64,000 nt of DNA from Candidatus Colwellbacteria bacterium (GCA_016176525.1 JACOWZ010000003.1:128001-192000), one strand, 5' to 3'; shown: positions 46,617-56,332, counted from the stretch's first letter. A program made the numbers and translations. The notes: a model not told the origin generated them from the letters alone.

Positions 46617-47280
46617 TATAAATAAAAACGATTTGGGCGAAGTTTTAGAAGAATTAATGCAAGCCCACGGCACAGATGACGAAAAGCTTGCCCAAATTAC
46701 AGAAATACCCCTGCGCTTTATAAAAGCGCTAAAAACCGGAGATTATAAAATTCTTCCTGCGTCTCCATATGTGCGCGGGTATATTAAAAAAATCGCTATT
46801 GCACTAAAAACTGACCCTGCAGAACTTATCGCTATATATAAAAGCACGGCGCAAATGAAAAAATCCGGCAGTCAGGATTTGCTGCCCAGTAATAGATTCG
46901 CAAGTGTGCCTTTAAGAAGGGGTGTAATAATTTTTATTATCGTGGCATTAGCCGCCGCACTAATAATAGTATTACGGTTTAACCAAGTGTTCGGCCTGCC
47001 AACGCTAAATGTAGAAGTTCCGGGAACTACAGCTCTTAGCACACTAGAGATAAGTGGCAGTATTAACCCGAAAGACAAACTAACCATAAACGAAGAGGCA
47101 ATTTACACGGATGAAAACGGAGTTTTCAATAAACTTGTATTCTTGGAACCAGGCTTAAATATTCTTGAATTTAAAGTTAAAAGGTTTTTGGGTAAAGAAA
47201 AAACTGTTGTAAAACAGGTTTATTACGAACCCTCGGTGGAGAATACTACCATTCCACAATTAGACAACAGCTTATTTTAA
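46606..47280 (+). CDS. RodZ-like protein (N-terminal HTH, single TM, C-terminal domain)
   Basis: HTH_25-like N-terminus then TM IIFIIVALAAALIIV. Confidence 0.45.
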   Translation: MNPNINKNDLGEVLEELMQAHGTDDEKLAQITEIPLRFIKALKTGDYKILPASPYVRGYIKKIAIALKTDPAELIAIYKSTAQMKKSGSQDLLPSNRFASVPLRRGVIIFIIVALAAALIIVLRFNQVFGLPTLNVEVPGTTALSTLEISGSINPKDKLTINEEAIYTDENGVFNKLVFLEPGLNILEFKVKRFLGKEKTVVKQVYYEPSVENTTIPQLDNSLF

Positions 47281-47304
47281 GCTGCGTGGTATCATAACTA
47301 TCAC

Positions 47305-48306
47305 ATGGCTAAGAAAAAAGAACCTCAAAAGAATGGGCAGTTAGACACGCTACTCCAATCTCTTCGCGAGAAATATGGCGAAGAATCAATTATGAAGTTG
47401 GGCGAAGCCCGCAGGGTGGATGTAGATACTGTGCCTTCCGGCTCTTTTTCTCTTGATTTGGCTTTGGGAGTTGGCGGCTTGCCGCGCGGGAGAGTTATAG
47501 AAATATACGGCCCGGAATCCAGCGGCAAAACAACGCTAGCCTTGTCTGTTGTGGCACAAGTTCAAAAACGCGGAGGCAAGGCCGCTTTTATTGATGCAGA
47601 ACACGCTTTAGACCCGGAATATGCCGCAAAAATCGGAGTGCAAACCAAAGATTTGATAATTTCCCAGCCGGATTCCGGCGAAGATGCGCTAAATATACTA
47701 GAGAGCCTGGTACGCTCCGGAATAATAAGCGTTGTTGTAGTAGACTCTGTCGCCGCGCTTACGCCGAAAACAGAAATTGAGGGCGAAATGGGGGCGCAAT
47801 ACGTTGGGTTGCAAGCCCGTATGATGTCTCAAGCACTGCGTAAACTTACAGCAATTACTTCAAAATCAAACACAATGATAATTTTTATAAACCAACTGCG
47901 CGAGAAGGTTGGTATTATGTTCGGCAACCCAGAAACAACTCCGGGAGGCCGCGCCCTAAAATTCTACTCTTCGGTGCGGCTAGATGTGCGGCGAATCGCT
48001 CAAGTTAAGAAGGGAGAGGAAATAGTGGGCAACAGAGTTAAGGTAAAGGTTGTTAAAAATAAGGTTGCTCCGCCGTTCCAAGTTGCAGAATTTGACATAA
48101 TATACGGCGAAGGCATTTCTTACGAAGGCGATGTGCTAAATGCTGCACTCTCTCGCGGAGTTATAACAAAATCCGGCGCCAGCTACAGTTTTGAGAGCGA
48201 AAAATTGGGTGTAGGTTTTGAAAACGTGCGCGAAAAGCTTAAATCGGATTCAAAACTTTTAGATAGAATAAAAAATAAAATAACTGCGGAGGTAGAGTTA
48301 GAATAA
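47305..48306 (+). CDS. recA: Recombinase RecA
   Basis: [16 protein letters not shown] and overall conservation. Confidence 0.95.
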   Translation: MAKKKEPQKNGQLDTLLQSLREKYGEESIMKLGEARRVDVDTVPSGSFSLDLALGVGGLPRGRVIEIYGPESSGKTTLALSVVAQVQKRGGKAAFIDAEHALDPEYAAKIGVQTKDLIISQPDSGEDALNILESLVRSGIISVVVVDSVAALTPKTEIEGEMGAQYVGLQARMMSQALRKLTAITSKSNTMIIFINQLREKVGIMFGNPETTPGGRALKFYSSVRLDVRRIAQVKKGEEIVGNRVKVKVVKNKVAPPFQVAEFDIIYGEGISYEGDVLNAALSRGVITKSGASYSFESEKLGVGFENVREKLKSDSKLLDRIKNKITAEVELE

Positions 48307-48642
48307 ATAAGGCCAGAAGATAATTACTCCGACTATTGCGGCACCAACACTCGCCAAAAGCACAATAAAGGCCATTATATCTTTTACTTCCTTGATAGTT
48401 TGATGGTGCTCCATTTGAATAAAATCCATAATACGCTCAATAACAGAATTAATAAGCTCTAAAGCCAAAAGCATAAAAATCGTAACTATTAAGATTAGTT
48501 TTTCTATTGTTGTAGTCGGAAAATAAACCATTGCCGCTATAACTAATCCGGCTACAACAACAAATATTCTGAAATTTTTCTCATACATGAGCGCATCCTT
48601 TAGGCCATCTAATGCATATTTAATACTTTTAAGAATTCTCAT
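48298..48642 (-). CDS. dgkA: Diacylglycerol/undecaprenol kinase (DgkA family)
   Basis: ELINSVIE motif, three TM helices. Confidence 0.75.
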   Translation of the reverse strand: MRILKSIKYALDGLKDALMYEKNFRIFVVVAGLVIAAMVYFPTTTIEKLILIVTIFMLLALELINSVIERIMDFIQMEHHQTIKEVKDIMAFIVLLASVGAAIVGVIIFWPYLF

Positions 48643-49456
48643 TTAATTTGTAGAAATTTTCAAAGAGTTTTGACACAAGTATAGGGCCTGTTCCGCCGGG
48701 GGTTGGAGTGTAGAAATTAGTTTTAAGTTCTAAGTTCTTAGTTTTAAGTTTCGGCGGAGAAAAATCTCCGAGCATCTTACCATTATGGAAAGAATAGCCG
48801 AAGTCAATAACGCTTGCTCCAGGTTTTAGCATCTCCGGCATAATTATCCCCGCCTTGCCAACGCCGGAGATTACAACATCTGCATCTTTAATATCTTTAA
48901 TATCTCTTTTGGAATCTATAACAATTACCTCTTTTGCCACGCCTAGTAACCAAGTTGCCACTGGCCTGCCAATTAAAAAACCGAACCCAACAACAGCTAC
49001 GATTGAATGCTGCCAGTCAATTTTATAGAGCTTGGCTAGTTCTTCCACAACCCCAATAGCAGGCGGTAAAACTTTGCTTTTCCCAACATAAAACATACCA
49101 AGTGCGTCTCTGCCTAGAACATCAACGTCTTTCTCTTCCGGAACAGCGGTCAAAACCATATGCTTATTAATCTTCTCTGGCAGTGGAAGCTGAATTACTA
49201 TGCCGCCGACATCGTTACTTGCACCCAGACTTGAAACCTCGCTTATTAATTCGTCTTCTGGAATATCAGAGGCAAAATTCATCACCCGGAAAGAAAGGCC
49301 CAACGATTTGGCCACGTTTTCTTTTTCTTTAATAAAATTAAGTGAAATTGGGTAAGTTCCAACTTGGACCACCACAAGTTTTTTGTCTATCGGCACCCGC
49401 TTTTTAAGTTTTGATATTAGCTTTTTAGAAATCTCTTGGCCGGAAACTGCTTGCAT
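48629..49456 (-). CDS. folD: Methylenetetrahydrofolate dehydrogenase/cyclohydrolase FolD
   Basis: VIQLPLP and TPGGTGP motifs. Confidence 0.85.
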   Translation of the reverse strand: MQAVSGQEISKKLISKLKKRVPIDKKLVVVQVGTYPISLNFIKEKENVAKSLGLSFRVMNFASDIPEDELISEVSSLGASNDVGGIVIQLPLPEKINKHMVLTAVPEEKDVDVLGRDALGMFYVGKSKVLPPAIGVVEELAKLYKIDWQHSIVAVVGFGFLIGRPVATWLLGVAKEVIVIDSKRDIKDIKDADVVISGVGKAGIIMPEMLKPGASVIDFGYSFHNGKMLGDFSPPKLKTKNLELKTNFYTPTPGGTGPILVSKLFENFYKLNENS

Positions 49457-50634
49457 AATTTTACAACTCTCGCTTTTATATCTCGACCTAACAGAGCTTG
49501 GTAAATAAAGAATGCTAAAATTTTCATTTCACGTTCTTTCATGCCGCGCGATGTTATAGAAGGTGTGCCAAGCCTTACACCAGACGGCTTAAACGGTGAT
49601 GGATCACCCGGCACGGTGTTGCGGTTGGCAATAATGCCCGATTTTTCTAATCTATTTTGCGCCTCCATACCATCTATTCCTAAGTTTCTAACATCCAACA
49701 AAAGCAAGTGGCTGTCTGTGCCTCCGCTAACAAGCTGGATGCCAAATTGTTTTAACTCTTTTGCAAGCGCACGAGCATTTTTTATAATCTGCGCCGCATA
49801 TTTCTTAAACGGCCTCTGCATAGCCTCGTAGAGCGCAACCGCAATGCCTGCGGTCGTATTGTTGTGCGGCCCGCCCTGCAGACCCGGGAAAACCGCTTTA
49901 TCAATTTTTTCTGAAAGTTCTTTTTTGGAAAATATCATGGCGCCTCGCGGCCCGCGAAGAGTTTTGTGCGTGGTAGTTGTTACAACATCTGCGTATGGAA
50001 ATGGCGTTGGATACACTCCACCGGCAATCAAGCCCGCAATGTGGGCCATATCTACCATATGGTATGCGCCTACTTCGTCGGCAATAGCCTTAAATTTTTT
50101 AAAATCAATTTTGCGAGGGTATGCGCTAAAGCCCGAGATTATAATTTTAGGCTTGTGTTTGTGCGCTAAACGCTTAACTTCTTTGTAGTCAACAATGCCT
50201 TCGCCATCTACGCCATACTGCACCGCCTTCCAATGTTTGCCGGTTATAGAAACTTTGTGCCCGTGGGTTAAGTGCCCGCCAGAAGAGAGTTTTAGCCCCA
50301 TCAACGTATCACCGGGCTCTAAAAGCGCGAAATAAACCGCAAGGTTTGCAGGCGAACCAGAAAGCGGCTGAACATTAACGCTCCACTTTTTAGGATTAAG
50401 TTTAAAAAGCTTAAGTGCGCGCTTACGGGCGAGGTTCTCTACCATGTCGCAATAAACGTTCCCGGGGTAATAACGCTTGCCCGGGTAGCCTTCGGAATAT
50501 TTGTTTGTGAAGGGCGATCCCAGCGCTTCTAAAATATCGTGCGATGCAAAATTCTCGGAGGCTATAAGGTCTAAAGTCTCTGTCTGCCTTTTTGATTCTT
50601 TCTTTATTAAATTAGAAATAGCCTTATCTTTCAT
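49417..50634 (-). CDS. glyA: Serine hydroxymethyltransferase
   Basis: LIASENF, HLTHGH and the PLP lysine region TTTTHKTLRGPRG. Confidence 0.9.
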   Translation of the reverse strand: MKDKAISNLIKKESKRQTETLDLIASENFASHDILEALGSPFTNKYSEGYPGKRYYPGNVYCDMVENLARKRALKLFKLNPKKWSVNVQPLSGSPANLAVYFALLEPGDTLMGLKLSSGGHLTHGHKVSITGKHWKAVQYGVDGEGIVDYKEVKRLAHKHKPKIIISGFSAYPRKIDFKKFKAIADEVGAYHMVDMAHIAGLIAGGVYPTPFPYADVVTTTTHKTLRGPRGAMIFSKKELSEKIDKAVFPGLQGGPHNNTTAGIAVALYEAMQRPFKKYAAQIIKNARALAKELKQFGIQLVSGGTDSHLLLLDVRNLGIDGMEAQNRLEKSGIIANRNTVPGDPSPFKPSGVRLGTPSITSRGMKEREMKILAFFIYQALLGRDIKARVVKLCKQFPAKRFLKS

Positions 50635-50667
50635 AGGCTAGATTATAGCATAATTCACACCCTTGAC

Positions 50668-50696
50668 TTGACATAAAGTTTGTTGTGTGCTATACT
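50668..50696 (+). promoter_or_regulatory. Near-consensus sigma70 promoter (TTGACA, 17-nt spacer, TATACT)
   Basis: Seen in sequence. No annotated gene downstream except tiny ORFs. Confidence 0.55.
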
Positions 50697-50744
50697 TACC
50701 AAAGGACGATAAGGTATCGTCCATACAGTACCCCAAGGAGGGAT

Positions 50745-50780
50745 ATGAAGTGGAGAACAAGCAAGCACAACGTGGGATGA
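50745..50780 (+). CDS. Tiny ORF (11 aa, MKWRTSKHNVG) behind a strong Shine-Dalgarno AAGGAGG
   Basis: Hand translation. SD 3-4 nt upstream. Overlaps the next small ORF by ATGA. Confidence 0.25.
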   Translation: MKWRTSKHNVG

Positions 50781-50854
50781 CTATGGAGGAAACGAGACAG
50801 AGACTGAAAGATTTGGGCTTCCCATACTGGAAGAAGCCACAACCATCTGACTAA
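50777..50854 (+). CDS. Small ORF (25 aa, MTMEETRQRLKDLGFPYWKKPQPSD)
   Basis: Hand translation. Sits between the promoter and the terminator. Confidence 0.25.
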   Translation: MTMEETRQRLKDLGFPYWKKPQPSD

Positions 50855-50865
50855 CCTCTCTACCC

Positions 50866-50898
50866 AACCCTACCAGGCGAGCCGCAATTGCGACTCGC
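50866..50898 (+). terminator. Intrinsic terminator GGCGAG..CTCGCC then TCTTTTTTT
   Basis: Stem with palindromic loop plus T7. Confidence 0.65.
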
Positions 50899-50906
50899 CT
50901 CTTTTT

Positions 50907-51572
50907 TTACCACGGCATCCGTTCACTCTTAAACCAAAAACCGCCAGTTTCCGGGTTTGAAAACGCGAATTTATAAATATCGTCGGCGACCTCCTTGCAT
51001 GTATATGTCGCTTCCATTCCGCCAATGTCAGTTTGCACCCAACCCGGGTGCACAGAAGAAACAACAATACCTTTAAGTCTCTTAGAAAGAGTGGCCGTGT
51101 ACATATTAAGCGCGGCTTTAGACATTTTATAACTCGGGTAATACCCGGGGAAGTGGCTCTCGCCTTTTATTGTTTTATCCAACGAGCCTGCCCGCGAAGT
51201 TATATTTATTATGTGCCCGCCGCGCGCTATAAGCGGAATAAGCCGTTCGGTAAAATCAATGGTTCCGATAAGATTTACTTCCAATGTCGCTCTTAATTTT
51301 TCCACAATTACTGTAGCGTCATATTCGTCTAAAAGCACGCCGGCGTTGTTTATAAGAATATCTATTTTCTTACCTAGACTCTTAATTTTATCTACACAAT
51401 CGCTAATACTTTGCGGATTATTTAGATCTAACGACAGCGCAACCAAATTCTCGTCTTTAAAATCTATAGACTTATGGTATGTTCCGATTACAAAATCGCC
51501 TTCTTTCAAAAATTTTTCTGCAAGGGCTTTGCCAATACCTTTGTCTATGCCGGTTATTACAACAACGCGCAT
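50907..51572 (-). CDS. Short-chain dehydrogenase/reductase (SDR)
   Basis: TGIDKGIG cofactor motif, NAG, YxxxK (YPSYKMSK). Confidence 0.8.
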   Translation of the reverse strand: MRVVVITGIDKGIGKALAEKFLKEGDFVIGTYHKSIDFKDENLVALSLDLNNPQSISDCVDKIKSLGKKIDILINNAGVLLDEYDATVIVEKLRATLEVNLIGTIDFTERLIPLIARGGHIINITSRAGSLDKTIKGESHFPGYYPSYKMSKAALNMYTATLSKRLKGIVVSSVHPGWVQTDIGGMEATYTCKEVADDIYKFAFSNPETGGFWFKSERMPW

Positions 51573-51616
51573 AGAGAAAGTATATCAAATGGGTCGGATT
51601 GTGGAGAATATTAGAA

Positions 51617-52156
51617 CTATATTTGCTTCTCTTTCTTATCAGTCGTAACACGCCCTCCCTGCCATTGCCCCCGATACTTACTCCCACCGCCATCTACTCT
51701 ATAAAACTGCGCATGCACAATTCTAGCTCCTAATTCCAACGTCACAGGCACAGGACCTTCGTTCTTCAGTGCAAACGTAAAGTTACCTTTATATCCAGGC
51801 GCAGCATTCCCCATTCGTATATAGAGACCGCTTCTATATGTTGTTGAGCGCGGCTCAAGATTAACAGTGATGTCTTTCGGGAGATTCACTTCTTCTATGG
51901 TTGTAATTAAATAAAAATCACCTGGATTGATAGTAAATTTTTCACGAACCCCCTTTTTATATGAAGCAACTAACTTGGTTTTAGGAGTCTCCCGATAATC
52001 TATCCCTAAAAATGCTTCACCCTCAATGGAATAAATTTCTTTTAATCTCAAATCGAACCCCGCGCCCTCTGGGTTTGTCAACTCACGCTCACTCAAATTT
52101 TTAACAAGTCCCTTTTCCTTTACTAATCTTAATAACTCATCTGTGCCGATAATCAT
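51617..52156 (-). CDS. dcd: dCTP deaminase-like (dUTPase superfamily)
   Basis: AGFDLRL, PRSTTYRSGL, jelly-roll pattern. Confidence 0.6.
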   Translation of the reverse strand: MIIGTDELLRLVKEKGLVKNLSERELTNPEGAGFDLRLKEIYSIEGEAFLGIDYRETPKTKLVASYKKGVREKFTINPGDFYLITTIEEVNLPKDITVNLEPRSTTYRSGLYIRMGNAAPGYKGNFTFALKNEGPVPVTLELGARIVHAQFYRVDGGGSKYRGQWQGGRVTTDKKEKQI

Positions 52157-52185
52157 AAAAGAATTATATCAAACCCGACATTAGT

Positions 52186-52734
52186 TTAACTTATCAGTTT
52201 CCTTGCTCGCAGAGCAGAAAACAGTTTATTATATTCATCTTTATGTGGGACGAAAACAGATTTCTTATCGCAGTCCTTTAGTAACTCATCTAAACTAACG
52301 AACTTAACTTTCTGCACTTCTTCTTTTTGTAGTTTTAGTTTAGATAAGTCCAGGTCTTTTCTAACTAAGAAAATATCGTGAAACTCCCTTTCAATATATG
52401 TTCCGTTGTTTAATACTACATCGGTGGTAGTTACAAAAAGGTGTTCGAACTCATTCTTGCTTAACTTAATCCCAAGTTCTTCCTTGGCTTCCCTTATACC
52501 CCCTTCAATTGATGTCTCACCAGTAAATATATGCCCCGCAGCTGAGATATCCCATAGATCAGGGTAATTGACTTTTATTTTAGACCTTTTTTGGACAAGA
52601 ATCTTACCGTCAGAATTAATAATCCAAATATGCGTGCTTTTATGCCAGTCTCCATCCTTATGAACGTTGTCCCTTAGTTTACTTTCTCCAGTTGGATTGC
52701 CTAGTTCGTCCAATATATCTATGTATTCCATCAC
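52186..52734 (-). CDS. Nudix hydrolase
   Basis: Nudix box GETSIEGGIREAKEELGI. Confidence 0.8.
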   Translation of the reverse strand: MMEYIDILDELGNPTGESKLRDNVHKDGDWHKSTHIWIINSDGKILVQKRSKIKVNYPDLWDISAAGHIFTGETSIEGGIREAKEELGIKLSKNEFEHLFVTTTDVVLNNGTYIEREFHDIFLVRKDLDLSKLKLQKEEVQKVKFVSLDELLKDCDKKSVFVPHKDEYNKLFSALRARKLIS

Positions 52735-52860
52735 AAAATACTACCAAAGCTGGCATAAAAAATCACACGACCAAAAACTTTTCTAAAATCTTTAATAGTA
52801 GGTCGGAACCATTATAGCAAGGCAGGATGGGTATATTTATGTGCCTGACCTTGGAAATAT

Positions 52861-53403
52861 TTAGTCGGCGTTATTTGTTAAATCGTAAGTAAATAATTGT
52901 ACGGGTATCCCTTTCTGATGTGCCTTTTCAACGGTATCTTCTGTCCCTAAACTCTCACTCATTTCAGTTTTAACTCGGAACGCGACTAACTCATCTGAAG
53001 CATTTACCACCTTTGCGTTCCTTTCATAGTATCTTGCTTTTTTGTTTTCCTCATTAAAATCTGTATCTGGATTTTCCATAAGACTACTTGAATTTGTGTT
53101 CTTTAATTTATTGAGTTGGTTTATTAAGTTCTCTGCCTGTTCTTTTGTGATATTTCCTAAGCTAGCGTGCTTGCGATAATGTTCTGAATATTTCTCTAAT
53201 GTTGTAGGTAAAAAAATTCTAATTTGAGTTGCTTCTGGATTATGTTTAAGTGCTTCATCGGTTGCTATAAAGTCAACTCCCAATGCACCGCCAGAGACAA
53301 CACCATCTCCTCTTTGAATAATGTCCTTAACTATTCCTCTTAATTTCTCTTCAATTTCTTGGTTAATTTTTCTCCAACTGCCACTAATTCCAATCCATTT
53401 CAT
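52861..53403 (-). CDS. SLOG-superfamily DprA-like Rossmann domain protein (standalone)
   Basis: VVSGGALGVDFIATDEAL resembles DprA GxARGID..AH..AL. ...ERNAKVVNASDELVAF...GT.DTVEKAHQKGIPV resembles the DprA C-terminal strand/helix pattern. Confidence 0.5.
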   Translation of the reverse strand: MKWIGISGSWRKINQEIEEKLRGIVKDIIQRGDGVVSGGALGVDFIATDEALKHNPEATQIRIFLPTTLEKYSEHYRKHASLGNITKEQAENLINQLNKLKNTNSSSLMENPDTDFNEENKKARYYERNAKVVNASDELVAFRVKTEMSESLGTEDTVEKAHQKGIPVQLFTYDLTNNAD

Positions 53404-53448
53404 AGTTAAAATTATATCACCCCGCCCCGCTGCTCACTATTTCTGTAT

Positions 53449-53859
53449 CTACTTTTTTAGAAATGCTATCAACTCTTCTGGGTCTTCAAACACTTTGGTA
53501 TAAATTGACTCGATCCAATCTTGAACTTTCTGGCCAAAATCAAGCAATCTCGGAGTCCGAACTCCATAAAGCGGCTTGCCGATACCATTGGCGTAGCCAC
53601 TCTCTGCATATATTCCGGGAGTGTTGCCCATCAGCACAATAACACCCTTTGCATCTTTAATGAGTTGAAACTCCTTTTCTCTCAGCCAAGCTCCGCTTTT
53701 TTTCTGTGGCAAATCTCTAAAAGCAACCACTATTTTCAAACCAGAGCTCTCTAATTTCTTCACGACGCTCTCCCAACCTTTATGCATCTCCTCATCCCAA
53801 ACCAGTTTACTGCCATTCCAAGAATAAAGTGGAGTGCATAGAAAATAATAATCCTTCAT
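53449..53859 (-). CDS. Nucleoside 2-deoxyribosyltransferase-like protein (SLOG superfamily)
   Basis: YFLCTP...VIVLMGNTPGIYAESGYANGIGKPLYG matches the NDT family core. Confidence 0.6.
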   Translation of the reverse strand: MKDYYFLCTPLYSWNGSKLVWDEEMHKGWESVVKKLESSGLKIVVAFRDLPQKKSGAWLREKEFQLIKDAKGVIVLMGNTPGIYAESGYANGIGKPLYGVRTPRLLDFGQKVQDWIESIYTKVFEDPEELIAFLKK

Positions 53860-53896
53860 AAATTAAATTTTACTACAGTTCTAATGTCATCTACTT

Positions 53897-53970
53897 TGGG
53901 TGCCTAACGGGAGTCGAACCCGTATCAAAAGCTCCACAAGCTTCTGTGTTGCCGCTACACCATAGGCACC
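53897..53970 (-). tRNA. tRNA-His (anticodon GUG) with G-1
   Basis: Hand fold: loop TTGTGGA, extra 5' G pairing C73. Confidence 0.6.
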
Positions 53971-54042
53971 ATAAAAACCCTAAAAACTATACCTACCTTT
54001 CCGGATTTTGCCAAGTAAACAGGTTTATAGTAGGATGACTAT

Positions 54043-54423
54043 ATGAGAGAAAAAATTAAGTTCCCCACAGAGGGCGAAAACAAAAAAGAGGAAGAGATTA
54101 AGATAAATCCAAAAAATCCAGAAGACAAAAAGCTTATGGAAAACGCTGATAAGCTTATTAAGGAAGCTGAAGCCGAGCAAGAGGTTCTAAATGAAATATT
54201 AGAGTTAGATCCAAAAACACGAGTTGATGATGCCGAGAGCCTTGTTACAGAAAGGTGGGCTAAGGGTTTGTATAAACAACTAGGCGGTAATGTAAAAGAT
54301 TTTAGCTGGGAGAATTTTAAGAAGACTTGGAAAAAAGTTAAAAAAGAAGCTCCGGAAAGACGAAAAGTATTGGCAGATCTGCGAAAAAACGTAGACGAAA
54401 CCAGCTGGAAATCTTATACATAA
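54043..54423 (+). CDS. Hypothetical charged protein (126 aa)
   Basis: ORF followed by a strong terminator. Confidence 0.45.
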   Translation: MREKIKFPTEGENKKEEEIKINPKNPEDKKLMENADKLIKEAEAEQEVLNEILELDPKTRVDDAESLVTERWAKGLYKQLGGNVKDFSWENFKKTWKKVKKEAPERRKVLADLRKNVDETSWKSYT

Positions 54424-54430
54424 GCACAAT

Positions 54431-54460
54431 AAAAAAATCCCCGGAGGGGGATTTTTTTAT
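54431..54460. terminator. Bidirectional intrinsic terminator (AAAAAAATCCCC gga GGGGGATTTTTTT)
   Basis: Seen in sequence. Serves the + strand ORF and minus-strand tRNA-Phe. Confidence 0.7.
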
Positions 54461-54462
54461 TG

Positions 54463-54534
54463 TGCCGCGGGGGTGAATCGAACACCCGACGCCAGCCTCT
54501 TCAGGGCTGCGCTCTACCACTGAGCTACCACGGC
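54463..54534 (-). tRNA. tRNA-Phe (anticodon GAA)
   Basis: Hand fold: GCCGTGGTAGCTCAGTGGTAGAGC..., loop CTGAAGA. Confidence 0.7.
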
Positions 54535-54611
54535 ATTTAAAGAATATAAACATCTTAAACTTTAAGTTTTAAAATTGCAATTAGAAAAAACACAATGTAT
54601 TCTCTCTGTAA

Positions 54612-54686
54612 GCCCCTGTCGTTCAATGGATAGGACGGAGGTTTCCTAAACCTCAAATCCAAGTTCGATTCTTGGTGGGGGCACCA
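54612..54686 (+). tRNA. tRNA-Arg (anticodon CCU), CCA encoded
   Basis: Hand fold: loop TTCCTAA. Arms near-identical to tRNA-Arg at 15192. Confidence 0.7.
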
Positions 54687-54691
54687 GAATT

Positions 54692-55639
54692 TTACCTAAG
54701 CGCTCCTTCAATTTGAAGTTCCCGCTTTGATAGGTAGAAGAAAAGCCCCACAACCAGAAATGTTATTAGCGGCGCCGTTAAGGATGATATATGTATTCCC
54801 AAGCTTTCACCTGTCATTATAAGCCCCAGAAATCCCACAGAATACATCGCTCCATTCTTAAGATAACGGTATTTCTTCACGGTTTTAATGCCATGGATGG
54901 TGAACCACCTTACAACAAAAGCGCCTAGCCCGTTTCCGAGAAGTATTAGCGGCACCGATATAGTAAATGCGAAAGCGCCAAGCACACCGTCAATTGAAAA
55001 AGTTGTGTCAATAACTTCCAAATACATAATTTTGCTTACGTCAGAAAAGTGGGCGTGCTTAAGCTCTCTTTCTTTCTGCTCTGCATTCTCTTTAAAGCCA
55101 GTGGTTATGAAAAACGCGGTTGAGCCGATAACTGCACCTAGCGCGATGAGTGGATTTATATAAATTGTTGTCCACACAACTGTAAGAAGTATTATTGATG
55201 CAAGAGCATAGAACCAAAACGAGTAATTCTTGTGTATGTGTTTTTCTAAAAAAAATGCATACTCTTTTGTTTGTAAGAAAAGCCAGTGTAGAAACAAAAA
55301 TATAAGATATATTCCCCCTCCGGCCAAAAGTATGGGCTTAGACCGCTCGATACTCTCCATTACTGCCGGGTCGGAACTGAACATTGCGGTAAATGCGCCC
55401 CAAATCCCCAAAGATGGGTTCGCTGCATAAACTATGGCAAGAGGCAAAAGGCCGCGAACAACTACAACCGCTATTATTATTCCATATAAAAGAAACCAGC
55501 GCCTCGCACGCTCCGACATAGTGGACAGTACATCTGCGTTGATTACCGCGTTGTCAACGCTTGAAATTGTTTCAAAGAGAACAAGCCCGACAACAATCAA
55601 TATAATCTCTAAAATGTCCATTGTAGGAGTATTAAACAA
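54692..55639 (-). CDS. TerC/DUF475-like integral membrane protein (two internal repeats)
   Basis: Repeats ETISSVDNAVI and EVIDTTFSIDGVLGAFA. Many TM helices. Confidence 0.5.
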   Translation of the reverse strand: MFNTPTMDILEIILIVVGLVLFETISSVDNAVINADVLSTMSERARRWFLLYGIIIAVVVVRGLLPLAIVYAANPSLGIWGAFTAMFSSDPAVMESIERSKPILLAGGGIYLIFLFLHWLFLQTKEYAFFLEKHIHKNYSFWFYALASIILLTVVWTTIYINPLIALGAVIGSTAFFITTGFKENAEQKERELKHAHFSDVSKIMYLEVIDTTFSIDGVLGAFAFTISVPLILLGNGLGAFVVRWFTIHGIKTVKKYRYLKNGAMYSVGFLGLIMTGESLGIHISSLTAPLITFLVVGLFFYLSKRELQIEGALR

Positions 55640-55685
55640 TAATTATACAAAATAGAAAATTTGTTTTAAACTTCTAAAAGTTTAT

Positions 55686-55757
55686 GCTCCTGTAGTTCAA
55701 TGGACAGAACAGAAGGTTTCTAACCTTTTAATGGGGGTTCGATTCCCTCCGGGAGCA
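55686..55757 (+). tRNA. tRNA-Arg (anticodon UCU)
   Basis: Hand fold: D-stem GTTC/GAAC, loop TTTCTAA. Confidence 0.65.
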
Positions 55758-55764
55758 CAAGCTA

Positions 55765-55835
55765 CGGGCTGTCGTATAATGGCAGTATACGTGTTTTGGG
55801 AACACGCGGCCTGGGTTCGATTCCCAGCAGCCCGA
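55765..55835 (+). tRNA. tRNA-Pro (anticodon UGG)
   Basis: Hand fold: loop TTTGGGA. Arms near-identical to tRNA-Pro at 13167. Confidence 0.6.
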
Positions 55836-55888
55836 CAAAAATAAAATATCTCGAGCGAGCAGTGAGAAGCGCAGCGTCCCAGCAGACC

Positions 55889-55915
55889 GACCAAAAGCGA
55901 AACCCCCTATTCGGG
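55889..55915. terminator. Bidirectional terminator GCGAAACCCCC tatt CGGGGGTTTCGC
   Basis: 11-bp perfect stem followed by an A/T-rich run. Confidence 0.65.
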
Positions 55916-55933
55916 GGTTTCGCATATAAATTT

Positions 55934-56332
55934 TTACATCTGACCTCCTTGTCGCGAAGGTGGGGTCTGCATTGGCATAGCTCCACTTTTTCTGCCTGCA
56001 AAACCTGCCCACAAAAGGACAACTGCTACAACAAGCTGCAACCAACTTGAGGCCGCGTTTGTAGCGACTAGCCCCAAAATTTTACCGTCTTGCGCAAAGA
56101 ATCCTAAAACTGCCAAAATCACGTAAATTACGCCCAAGGCCTTAAGGTACATCGCACCGGACGCGCCGCCTTTAGCAGCCCACAAAACCACGATGCCTGT
56201 GGCAAGAAGCAGTATTCCATGTGTGGCGTCTGCCGCGAAAAATGCTCCTTCTCCAACTATCGGGTTGCCTATAAAACTAAGAAGCCCCAAAAGCGCAAGT
56301 ATAGCGCCTGTTGCCATTACTACATTCTTCAT
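55934..56332 (-). CDS. Hypothetical small membrane protein (4 TM)
   Basis: Hydrophobic helices. Confidence 0.45.
   Translation of the reverse strand: MKNVVMATGAILALLGLLSFIGNPIVGEGAFFAADATHGILLLATGIVVLWAAKGGASGAMYLKALGVIYVILAVLGFFAQDGKILGLVATNAASSWLQLVVAVVLLWAGFAGRKSGAMPMQTPPSRQGGQM

Noticed and set aside
51617-52156. Defensive (phage-depleting) dCTP deaminase interpretation
   Set aside because: The protein is a plain 179-aa dUTPase-fold enzyme without the kinase/extra domains of the defence-type deaminases. Housekeeping pyrimidine metabolism is the simpler reading.
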